Of a stretch of 60,432 nt of DNA, positions 26,701 through 32,915 are shown in pieces. The translations under genes were made by a program, and so were the position numbers. Numbering within the stretch: position 1 is the stretch's first letter; every line of letters starts with the position of its first letter. Below the pieces are notes generated by a model. It was not told the origin of the DNA, did no database searches, and saw only the letters and a program-made list of their open reading frames with translations. The stretch spans positions 1 through 60,432 of the forward strand of contig JBAZLC010000004.1 of the NCBI GenBank assembly GCA_041650415.1. The letters run 5' to 3'. The DNA comes from Minisyncoccota bacterium. Lineage in GTDB: Bacteria; Patescibacteriota; Minisyncoccia; UBA6257; UBA9933.

Positions 26701-28604
26701 GGGCTAGTTCATTGCCTAATAGCTCAAGCACAATATATTTATTAAATAGTAATGGCGGGAAAGTGGATTCAGCGTTTTATGATTCAATGGTTAATGACGG
26801 ACAAAGTCTGGAAAGAAAAGCTTGGGTAGACAGCTCTTGCGCTCTTTCACAGGAAAACGGTGAATTCTCCGGCAATGGTTGTGATAGTAATAGTGTTAAT
26901 GATTTTGATATTCGCATGACACCAAATCCGCAAAATTCTTTAAGCTTACCAGAGCCGAGAGTCGCGCCGACAAAGCCGGAAAATTTTAACATTCAATACA
27001 ATCAAAGCGGGATGGAAATGAATTTTCAATGGAACGAAGCGCAAGATTATTTAGGCACTTCATTGAATTTAACTTATAAAATTTTTGACATTAGTAATGC
27101 GAGCGCGACTTTGCCGATGGTCGAGTCGACTTCAACGGCGGCAAAAATTATAATAAATGAAATTGGCCGCGATTACCAAGTTTCAATTAAGGCTTTTGAC
27201 AAAGATGGCTTGGGTTCGGAAGCGGCAACTTCTTCAATAAACATTTCGAGTTTTCTTTCGGGTTTATATTTCTACCAAAATTTTCAAGACGGCGAGGTTT
27301 TAATAGACGCCTATTACGGACAGTATCCATTTGTTCCGGATTTGTTTGGGAAGGGTGATACATGGAAAATAGCGGTTTTTTATCTAAATAGCGATGCGAA
27401 AAATGATTTAAATAATCCTTCTTGGCAGCCAAATGATATAACAGATGTTTTGGGGTTAAAATACAATCAATGCGCTGGTGGAACAGGTGGAAATTCTTTG
27501 ATTTTGCCCGACGTATCGAATAATTGTGGAATGGGCGGTGGCGCGGCAAATGTATCTTTCAGTAATTCTCAATTGGAAGACAAACATTTTATTATAAAAA
27601 CCGCTAAATCAATTGGAGAATTAAATCTTGATGGAAGCGATTTTATAACAACGGTTTTTTATTCTGTCTCGTCTATTTCACCTTCCAATCCATTGAGCCC
27701 AGATTTTCAATTGGTTGCCAAAGATAAAATAAAATATTATTTTGGTGCTGAACCATCAAGACAAAGTCCAGTTTTCAATGGCGAAATAGTTAAAGATTTT
27801 GATAGTGTAAATTCTAAATTAAATCTTTTTTGGCCAAGAGCTACAGATATAGACACGTTGGATAACCTTTTAACTTATGAAATTAAATACAATGACGAAG
27901 ATTGGATTTCTGCGGGCAACGCCACGGGGACTTCAAGATTTGTTTCGCCCGGCGAAAATTTTTCAATAAGCGTTCGGGCTAGGGATGACTCCGCTAATTA
28001 TTCAGTTTCAACACTTTTGGAAAATTGGTCATATCCGCCGATTAATTTCGGTTTAGTTCAAGAAGTTGGTGATAGTTGGAGTGATAATTTTGGACAAATG
28101 AATTGGAATGGCATTAGTGGGGCGAATATCCAGAGTATTTTACCGGCAGGAAATTTGGAATTTAATAAATTTGTTTTAAAAGTAAAACATTCACAAGATA
28201 CCGGAAGCAGTTTTGATTTAAAGCTTTCGGTTTTTGGCAATAAATTTTTCAACGGTCAAAATGTGCCGGATTTCAATAATCTTATTTCGGCTTCAACAAT
28301 TTCGGGTTTGTCTGGCGACCCGCAAAATCGGGATTTGGTTTTTAGTTTTTCGTCGAACATTGTTTTGAGCGCGGGCGTTAGATATTGGTTTGTTTTGGAA
28401 AATTCAAGCTACACATTCCATTCATATAACGATTTAACTTCAAACTCCTGGCAAAACGCAATAAGTGCAGGCGATGTTTATCCTGACGGGGAATCGGGAA
28501 GGGCGTTTATGAGAATTTCTGGAACAAACGGAACTTATATAGATGGTTCGGCGGAGATAAACTCCGCTGTGGATTGGTATATGAAAATTGGTTTAGGGGA
28601 ATAA
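23739..28604 (+). CDS. 1621-aa secreted multidomain surface protein: N-terminal zinc phospholipase C / P1 nuclease-like domain, three lamin-tail (LTD) domains, a PKD domain, and FN3-like and beta-rich C-terminal regions
   Basis: Signal peptide ending IAFA|YDVDTHAYL. Metal-site-like HFYDP and GHILHLIEDASVPEHT. LTD motifs VIINEVAWMGS...EWIELKN, ILINEVQISP...FIKLYNPNNSDVNL and VVISEILFKAQGDDEGKEFIELYNPTNSDVNL. PKD motif YEWSFGDGG. Confidence 0.85.
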   Translation: MENRKHVKFLVPIFILGLFIFQNNIAFAYDVDTHAYLTSEVVKFYNQNFPNSKISNELNDYLIDGSRKEDDVPRPMNHFYDPVNNRGLVDSTLGSWQKSKDWSQDSNNQNKSTYKVPATVASILTAIQQRSINLITDETDFTWQRAIKFYVAGDKEKAMFILGHILHLIEDASVPEHTRNDIHLLTNPYENYTDKFSIYSPDSKLTQKLANKGPINLDSLNSYFDNLANYSNNNFYSVGTIGVQSGYEKPVPADYEKINELYYALNSANDSVYKLSVQPTRSSVLMNIDGIVSIDDRLVLDNYWSLLSVKSIQYGAGVINLFFQEVEKAKNDPNFNTTEEKSFIGKAVEATSNFIAQVSSTANNIVSSAGNFLTGIFKTGDNFQQVGQIDLSQSESQNLDKNSETQSVNKELTPKSNEQINQTKDVMELDENEIVLENGNQDDFKLDKNLKDKVKVIPATTVKQCPFDTIQTLSRQKVIINEVAWMGSSNSANDEWIELKNISGGDIDISGWQLVDKDEQIKINFASIEGGKIVGPNRILLFERTDDDSVLGIKADLIYSGALSNTNEGLRLFDEQCNLVDEISADPDWPAGNSSERKTTERDIGGFNWHTSNIINGTPKAENSGGLITSKATQVTYSGGGGSSSNQNQQLTQAKILINEVQISPAGSRFIKLYNPNNSDVNLTNWYIQRKTKTGSSFSSLVSKTYFENKTISAKNYFLISRSATGADAVVDDLTLTEANSIQIKNSNGDVSDKVGWGDAIDCEGSCASEPAENQSIKRKSQNGAFVDTDNNANDFEVTNIQATQSDQAPSAFFDYSPKSLQVGQTVNFNASSSTDPGGQEIVSYEWSFGDGGTLISANPTASHIYSRFGNYQASLVVFNTSGVSSTPATANIPVSISGADHVVISEILFKAQGDDEGKEFIELYNPTNSDVNLSDYSLEILTGDATSTDSLAKFGSKAEDGILIKSKSFFLIGFHNYIGSIPADITRASSLPNSSSTIYLLNSNGGKVDSAFYDSMVNDGQSLERKAWVDSSCALSQENGEFSGNGCDSNSVNDFDIRMTPNPQNSLSLPEPRVAPTKPENFNIQYNQSGMEMNFQWNEAQDYLGTSLNLTYKIFDISNASATLPMVESTSTAAKIIINEIGRDYQVSIKAFDKDGLGSEAATSSINISSFLSGLYFYQNFQDGEVLIDAYYGQYPFVPDLFGKGDTWKIAVFYLNSDAKNDLNNPSWQPNDITDVLGLKYNQCAGGTGGNSLILPDVSNNCGMGGGAANVSFSNSQLEDKHFIIKTAKSIGELNLDGSDFITTVFYSVSSISPSNPLSPDFQLVAKDKIKYYFGAEPSRQSPVFNGEIVKDFDSVNSKLNLFWPRATDIDTLDNLLTYEIKYNDEDWISAGNATGTSRFVSPGENFSISVRARDDSANYSVSTLLENWSYPPINFGLVQEVGDSWSDNFGQMNWNGISGANIQSILPAGNLEFNKFVLKVKHSQDTGSSFDLKLSVFGNKFFNGQNVPDFNNLISASTISGLSGDPQNRDLVFSFSSNIVLSAGVRYWFVLENSSYTFHSYNDLTSNSWQNAISAGDVYPDGESGRAFMRISGTNGTYIDGSAEINSAVDWYMKIGLGE

Positions 28605-28645
28605 AAAAGGCCACCCGCGTGTTCGTGAGAACGGGTGGCTTTATG
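28603..28645. terminator. Shared (bidirectional) hairpin terminator between the giant gene and island C gene C1
   Basis: gccacccg (28610-28617) pairs with cgggtggc (28632-28639). Inner pairing gttc-gtga-gaac; A-run on the left, T-rich on the right. Confidence 0.7.
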
Positions 28646-28663
28646 GTTTGGTGCCGGCGAGGC

Positions 28664-28846
28664 CTATGATAGTTGGCCACGCATGTCCGCGACAGTTGCT
28701 GCGGTCTGCTTTTCGTGAAATTCCCTTGCGACATCGGTCGGCTTTTTCTCTCCGTCTTCGTCGCCTTTTCCGGTGGGTGGAGACCCCATGCAGGAATACG
28801 GGTGGCGGACACTTACCGTGTTTTCGGTTGTTTTTGTTTCTGTCAT
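28664..28846 (-). CDS. Island C gene C1: 60-aa hypothetical protein
   Basis: AAGGAG lies 6 nt upstream of the ATG. It has its own terminator and an extended -10 type promoter. MTETKTTENT... No family recognised. Confidence 0.55.
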   Translation of the reverse strand: MTETKTTENTVSVRHPYSCMGSPPTGKGDEDGEKKPTDVAREFHEKQTAATVADMRGQLS

Positions 28847-28907
28847 GGCCTTCTCCTTTCGTTACTCTTTTTGTTTAAAATAACACATGTCTTAACGTGC
28901 CTCTATT

Positions 28908-28935
28908 AAAATATCACGTTATTAATTTTTGTCGA
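28908..28935 (-). promoter_or_regulatory. Candidate promoter of C1
   Basis: On the minus strand: TCGACA, 16-nt spacer, TG-a-TATTTT. Confidence 0.35.
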
Positions 28936-28945
28936 GAAAATTTAA

Positions 28946-28985
28946 AAATAAAAAAGCCGCCATATTCGTGAGAATAGAGGGCGGC
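28946..28985 (-). terminator. Rho-independent terminator of C2
   Basis: gccgcc (28956-28961) pairs with ggcggc (28980-28985). Inner pairing tattc-gtga-gaata. The upstream A-run gives a T-tract on the minus strand. Confidence 0.7.
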
Positions 28986-29023
28986 CGGGGAATGCGTGCC
29001 TTTGCGGCGGGATACGAGTCGGA

Positions 29024-29560
29024 TTAGTGGGGCTTTTTGCCGGTGAGGCCTTCGAGGAAGCTTCGGAAGCCGGTCGGGCGGTTTTCGCCTTGGGCCCTGC
29101 TGAAGATTTCCGCGAGCTCAGGGGGCAGGCCGACGCCGACGGAGATGACATCGACACCGATGCCGTTGTCTTCTTCGGCGGAAACCGCGACGATAACGCC
29201 GTCTTTCCTGATGCCGACGCTGGGGTAATCGTAGACGTTCAGCCCCAGCTCTTCGCGGATCGAGAAGAACAAGATGTTCTTCACAATCTCGCTTTCCGCT
29301 TCTGCCATCTCAGTCCGGCGCCGGAACTCCTCGCACTCGCTCGGATCGCAGGTGGCGCATACTTTCGCGTGGTCTTCATAGGCTTCCTTCGCCTTGACCT
29401 TCAGCCAGTGGAGGACCTTGAAGAGGGTTGCCATCTCTTCCGAGAGCTTCCCTTTCTCTTCTTCCTTCGCCTCTTTTTCGGGGAGGTCGGAAAGGCTGAA
29501 TTTGAAGCTTTCGGGGATTTCCTGAACCATCGCCGCGATTTTTCTAAGCCATTTCGTCAT
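29024..29560 (-). CDS. Island C gene C2: 178-aa hypothetical protein with CxxCx4C
   Basis: AAGGAGA lies 7 nt before the ATG at 29560, which I prefer to 29581. Contains KVCATCDPSECEEF. I counted 38/60 G+C by hand in 29101-29160. No family recognised. Confidence 0.6.
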   Translation of the reverse strand: MTKWLRKIAAMVQEIPESFKFSLSDLPEKEAKEEEKGKLSEEMATLFKVLHWLKVKAKEAYEDHAKVCATCDPSECEEFRRRTEMAEAESEIVKNILFFSIREELGLNVYDYPSVGIRKDGVIVAVSAEEDNGIGVDVISVGVGLPPELAEIFSRAQGENRPTGFRSFLEGLTGKKPH

Positions 29561-29726
29561 TGGTGAATCTCCTTTCGTCATTCGTGGTTAGCCGTCCGTG
29601 TTTAAAATTACCGCAAAAACCTTTTTAAGTTATCTCCTTTTTTTGTCTCGTTTGTGAGACATGAATTTTTGTACTGAAATTTATTTACCATATTTTGCTT
29701 TGTTTTGTCAAGAATTAAAAATTCAG

Positions 29727-29762
29727 AAATAAAAAGGCCACCATGTTTACACAGAGGGTGGC
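29727..29762 (-). terminator. Rho-independent terminator of C3
   Basis: gccacc (29737-29742) pairs with ggtggc (29757-29762). The A-run at 29725-29735 gives a T-tract on the minus strand. Confidence 0.6.
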
Positions 29763-29797
29763 TTGTTGAGGTTGCACGTCGCGGAGAGCAACGCAGA

Positions 29798-30031
29798 TTA
29801 GTCGAATACCGATTTGCCGTCGAATGCCGCGAGAATGCCTTCGCATTCGGGAGGCAGGACCGGTTCGGCGGGCGTCGGCTGGCCGCACTGCATGGCGATG
29901 AGTTCGTTCATCGCCGTGGTATCGGTGGCGAAGACTAAAGAGGCTTCACCACTTACCCCCTTCGAACACGGCTTTTCGCAGAGGTTCGATTCTGCTGAAC
30001 CAGATGCGGTCGTCTTGTTGTTCTCTGTCAT
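29798..30031 (-). CDS. Island C gene C3: 77-aa hypothetical protein with four Cys
   Basis: GGAGGAGG lies about 6 nt before the ATG at 30031. MTENNKTTASGSAESNLCEKPCSKG... The N-terminus resembles C1 (MTE-x-K/N-TT). Confidence 0.55.
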   Translation of the reverse strand: MTENNKTTASGSAESNLCEKPCSKGVSGEASLVFATDTTAMNELIAMQCGQPTPAEPVLPPECEGILAAFDGKSVFD

Positions 30032-30084
30032 GTTCTTCCTCCTCCTTTCCGACGATGTCTTTTTCTTCTGAATTTTCACCAACA

Positions 30085-30134
30085 GAAATTTCGAATTGAA
30101 GAGAATTAGGCGTCCCTTTTAAAATCGAAATTTC
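30085..30134 (-). promoter_or_regulatory. Stem-loop in the roughly 160-nt 5' leader of C3
   Basis: gaaatttcga (30085-30094) and tcgaaatttc (30125-30134) are 10-bp inverted repeats separated by 30 nt. Confidence 0.4.
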
Positions 30135-30209
30135 AACAAGAAATTTTTTTGCCATTTTCTCCACGATTCTCCTTTCTGTTTTTTACAATTTCAAATGAAC
30201 TTAAAATAT

Positions 30210-30238
30210 AAACTATCACATTTTTATAATTTTGTCAA
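30210..30238 (-). promoter_or_regulatory. Leftward promoter of the island C divergent control region
   Basis: On the minus strand: TTGACA (30238-30233), 17-nt spacer ending TG-a, then TAGTTT (30215-30210). Confidence 0.5.
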
Positions 30239-30263
30239 TATCTCTTGTTTATTATTTAATAAA

Positions 30264-30292
30264 TTGACAAAAAATTATTTTAAGGTTATTAT
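30264..30292 (+). promoter_or_regulatory. Rightward promoter of the island C divergent control region
   Basis: TTGACA (30264-30269), 17-nt spacer, TATTAT (30287-30292). The two -35 boxes lie inside the 10-bp inverted repeat ttttgtcaat / attgacaaaa. Confidence 0.55.
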
Positions 30293-30371
30293 TTGGTTTA
30301 GCAATTTACCAAGCTTTTTGGTGGAAATATCTTAAATATACAGACATCATCTTTAATAAAAAGGAGGCGAT

Positions 30372-30710
30372 ATGGAAAAAAAGAGAGAAACGCTTTTGTG
30401 CCCGTTTAAGGAGGTGTGCCCGGTATGGAGTTCGGGTTGCACGTCGGATTACGCGACGGCCTCAAACTGCGGGTTCATCGCTGGCGACAAGAAACGCGTC
30501 GAAGAATGGGCCGCAAAAAAGATTCAGGAAGAGAACGGTAAAATCAGTTTCATCTCTCCCGAATTTTTGGTCTTTAAGGACACCGTCAAGTATCTGACCG
30601 ACGCCGAGTTCTATAAGGTTGTTAACGACGCGTACGATGCGTATGTGGCGCCCAAAAAACCAACGGAGCCCTTCAAAAAAAGGGCTGAAAAATCACCGTA
30701 TTTCGCGTAA
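30372..30710 (+). CDS. Island C gene C4: 112-aa hypothetical protein with an N-terminal four-Cys cluster
   Basis: AGGAGG lies 4-5 nt before the ATG. LLCPFKEVCPVWSSGCTSDYATASNCGF. No family recognised. Confidence 0.6.
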   Translation: MEKKRETLLCPFKEVCPVWSSGCTSDYATASNCGFIAGDKKRVEEWAAKKIQEENGKISFISPEFLVFKDTVKYLTDAEFYKVVNDAYDAYVAPKKPTEPFKKRAEKSPYFA

Positions 30711-30721
30711 AGGAGGAGTGC

Positions 30722-31108
30722 ATGGAAAAAGGAAAAGGACAGACTTGCGGAATGGCGTTTTCTTGCGGGTGTCGAATTCCCAACGGCGCGGGCTGCAATT
30801 GCACGGTCTGCGTTCCCCAAAATGGAAACGCGGGGCTTCTGTGCGCTCAATTCAAATGCGCATATGTGGCGAATCAGATCTGTCAGAAAAAGACGATTCT
30901 GGATATTATCTATTACCAGATCGTCAATTCGGGCGGATATTGCGCGGACGGGAACCCGTGGTACGAAGCCCTCAAGGTGGCTGCCGGAAGCGCGGACAAG
31001 CTGAAAGCCATAGAAAAGGTTGCCTGGAGAAAGAAAGCAGCGGGTGCCTTTTCCAGTGCCAGGCGATCGGCCTGTACTTTGCCGTTCGCCCGAGCCGAAC
31101 AACCATGA
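30722..31108 (+). CDS. Island C gene C5: 128-aa cysteine-rich protein (11 Cys)
   Basis: AGGAGG follows directly after the C4 stop. QTCGMAFSCGCRIPNGAGCNCTVCVPQNGNAGLLCAQFKCAYVANQIC. No family recognised. Confidence 0.55.
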   Translation: MEKGKGQTCGMAFSCGCRIPNGAGCNCTVCVPQNGNAGLLCAQFKCAYVANQICQKKTILDIIYYQIVNSGGYCADGNPWYEALKVAAGSADKLKAIEKVAWRKKAAGAFSSARRSACTLPFARAEQP

Positions 31109-31132
31109 TCTGTAGTTTCTCAATCAGAGTGT

Positions 31133-31169
31133 AGCCCGTTTTCTTGGAGGAGATAACGGGCTTTTTTTA
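31133..31169 (+). terminator. Rho-independent terminator of C4-C5
   Basis: agcccgtt pairs with aacgggct, followed by TTTTTTT. Confidence 0.8.
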
Positions 31170-31191
31170 TTGAAAATGCTAAACTTATTTT

Positions 31192-31830
31192 ATGGTTGCC
31201 AAAAAACGAAAATACATAATAGGAATAGATGAGGTTGGAAGAGGACCGTTGGCGGGAGAAGTAACCGTGGCGGCAATTTTACTACAAAAGAATTTTCGAT
31301 TCACAAAACCCAATTTTCAAAAAAAATTAAAACTTCGGGATTCTAAAAAATTATCGCCAAAGCAGCGCGAGATTTGGTTTGAATATATTAAAGAAGAATT
31401 ATGTTTGGGTTATGCGGTAGCAAGCGTTTCACCTAAAAAAATAGATAGAATAAATATTTCCAACGCCGCGAATTTAGCGGCAGTGAAGGCGTTTGAATCT
31501 TTAATAAAAAAAACAAAAATAAAAATTGAAAATTGCGAAGTTTGTTTGGATGGAGGACTTTATTTAAAAACTACAAACAATAAACTGCAAACGGCAAAAT
31601 ATAAACAGCGGACGATTATAAGGGGCGACGAGAAAATTCCGGCGATTTCGTTAGCCTCAATTGTCGCTAAGGTAATCCGGGATAAGAAAATGGAAAAGTC
31701 GCATAAAAAATACCCTCAATACGGATTTAAAAACCATAAAGGCTACGGCACAAAAGAGCATTTTAGGGCGATAAAAAAGCACGGGCCGTCAAAAATACAC
31801 AGATTGACCTTCCTTAAGAAAATGCGTTAA
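31192..31830 (+). CDS. rnhB: Ribonuclease HII
   Basis: IIGIDEVGRGPLAGEV, RDSKKLS, ASIVAKV. Confidence 0.9.
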   Translation: MVAKKRKYIIGIDEVGRGPLAGEVTVAAILLQKNFRFTKPNFQKKLKLRDSKKLSPKQREIWFEYIKEELCLGYAVASVSPKKIDRINISNAANLAAVKAFESLIKKTKIKIENCEVCLDGGLYLKTTNNKLQTAKYKQRTIIRGDEKIPAISLASIVAKVIRDKKMEKSHKKYPQYGFKNHKGYGTKEHFRAIKKHGPSKIHRLTFLKKMR

Positions 31831-31841
31831 TATAAAGAAAT

Positions 31842-32483
31842 ATGAAGCGGTACATCCTTGCGGTTTCTGGAGTAATTTTAATAATAATTATTTTTTTCAC
31901 AGGATTCTTTATTAAAAAAGAACGCTTCTTTGACGAAAATCTTCAACTAAAAAAAGAGAACGAAAACTTAAAAGCGGAAGTTCAAAAGCATCAAGCATTA
32001 AGCATTAAGTATCAGGAACCCATAGACGGTTATTTAACCGTTAAAGTTTTTTCGACCTATCCTTTTAATATTAAAAATCAGATAGCGGTAAATGCCGGCG
32101 AAGCGCAGGGGATAAAAAAATCAATGCCGGCGCTTTTTGGAAAAAACATTTTATTGGGACAAGTGATTGAAGTTTCAAAAAACTCCAGCGTTATTCAGAC
32201 GATATTTGATCCGAACTGGCAATTGCCCGTGAGAATAGGCGAAAAGCAAACAAACGGGCTTTTGCAGGGAGGAAACGAGCCTAAAATAACGTTTATTGAA
32301 AAAGATAAGCCGATAACCGTTGGCGATGCGGTTTATTCCGCCAAACAGGGTTTTCCTTTGGGCCTGAAAGTAGGGGAAATATCCGATATTAAAGAGTCGG
32401 CACCCGGAGTTTTTAAGGAAGCGGTTTTAACTACTCCTTTTAATGTTTCCGATTTAAGGGAGGTGGAGATTTTATTGCAATGA
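31842..32483 (+). CDS. mreC: Rod-shape protein MreC-like
   Basis: N-terminal TM, the coiled coil LQLKKENENLKAEVQK, then a beta-rich domain; an mreD-like gene follows. Confidence 0.6.
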   Translation: MKRYILAVSGVILIIIIFFTGFFIKKERFFDENLQLKKENENLKAEVQKHQALSIKYQEPIDGYLTVKVFSTYPFNIKNQIAVNAGEAQGIKKSMPALFGKNILLGQVIEVSKNSSVIQTIFDPNWQLPVRIGEKQTNGLLQGGNEPKITFIEKDKPITVGDAVYSAKQGFPLGLKVGEISDIKESAPGVFKEAVLTTPFNVSDLREVEILLQ

Positions 32484-32911
32484 AATTCTTTTATCTTGTT
32501 TTGTCGGTTGGGATTTTAAGCATTATTCAGTCTTATGGTTTTTCGGTTTTTGGTATTGTGCCGAATTTAGCGCTGGTCGCGGTTGTCGCGTCCTCTTTTT
32601 TTACCGCTAATTTTATTGAAGGAATTTTTTTGGTTTTACTTTCGACCGCGATATTAAAATTCGGCTCAGGAGTTGATTTAGGAATTTTAACTTTTGCGTT
32701 AATCGGATTGATTGCCGTAATCATCGCAAAATTCATTCCCTGGCGTTATTTTGCCGGTAATTTAATTGCCATTATAATCACCGTTTTAATTTTTTACGCG
32801 TTTTTGAACCCGGGTTTGATTTTATCTCTGGTTTTCATAAAAGAATTATTCTTAAATGTCGTCGTTTCTTCGCTTCTTTTTGCCTTTTTGTCTTTTTTGT
32901 GGCAAGATTAA
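32480..32911 (+). CDS. MreD-like polytopic membrane protein
   Basis: 143 aa and entirely hydrophobic. It overlaps the mreC-like stop by 4 nt. Called on position and topology only. Confidence 0.45.
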   Translation: MKFFYLVLSVGILSIIQSYGFSVFGIVPNLALVAVVASSFFTANFIEGIFLVLLSTAILKFGSGVDLGILTFALIGLIAVIIAKFIPWRYFAGNLIAIIITVLIFYAFLNPGLILSLVFIKELFLNVVVSSLLFAFLSFLWQD

Positions 32912-32915
32912 TGGT

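Noticed and set aside
1-28604. Diversity-generating retroelement targeting the LamG or giant surface proteins
   Set aside because: I looked for a reverse transcriptase ORF and for template/variable repeat pairs near the C-termini of the LamG and LTD proteins. I found neither by eye, and a systematic repeat search would be needed to be certain.
29027-29566. 179-aa plus-strand ORF antisense to C2, plus 28648-28909 plus-strand ORFs antisense to C1
   Set aside because: They have no SD or promoter on the plus strand. The terminators have T-tracts on the minus strand, and the minus-strand ORFs have SDs at correct spacing.
29946-30164. 72-aa minus-strand ORF upstream of, and overlapping, C3 by 86 nt (the same overlap length as in island B)
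   Set aside because: Its first half is AT-rich and coincides with the 10-bp-arm leader hairpin. Its start context is a GTG only 3-4 nt after GGAGA. I treat it as the C3 5' leader. The identical 86-nt overlap is probably coincidence, but I cannot exclude a real upstream ORF.
30611-31134. ORFs 30611-31123 (-), 30619-31134 (+) and 30822-31004 (+), which overlap C5
   Set aside because: Only the 30722 frame has an AGGAGG at proper distance directly after the C4 stop and ends before the terminator. The others are alternative open frames in GC-rich sequence. This could be revisited if conservation analysis favours another frame.
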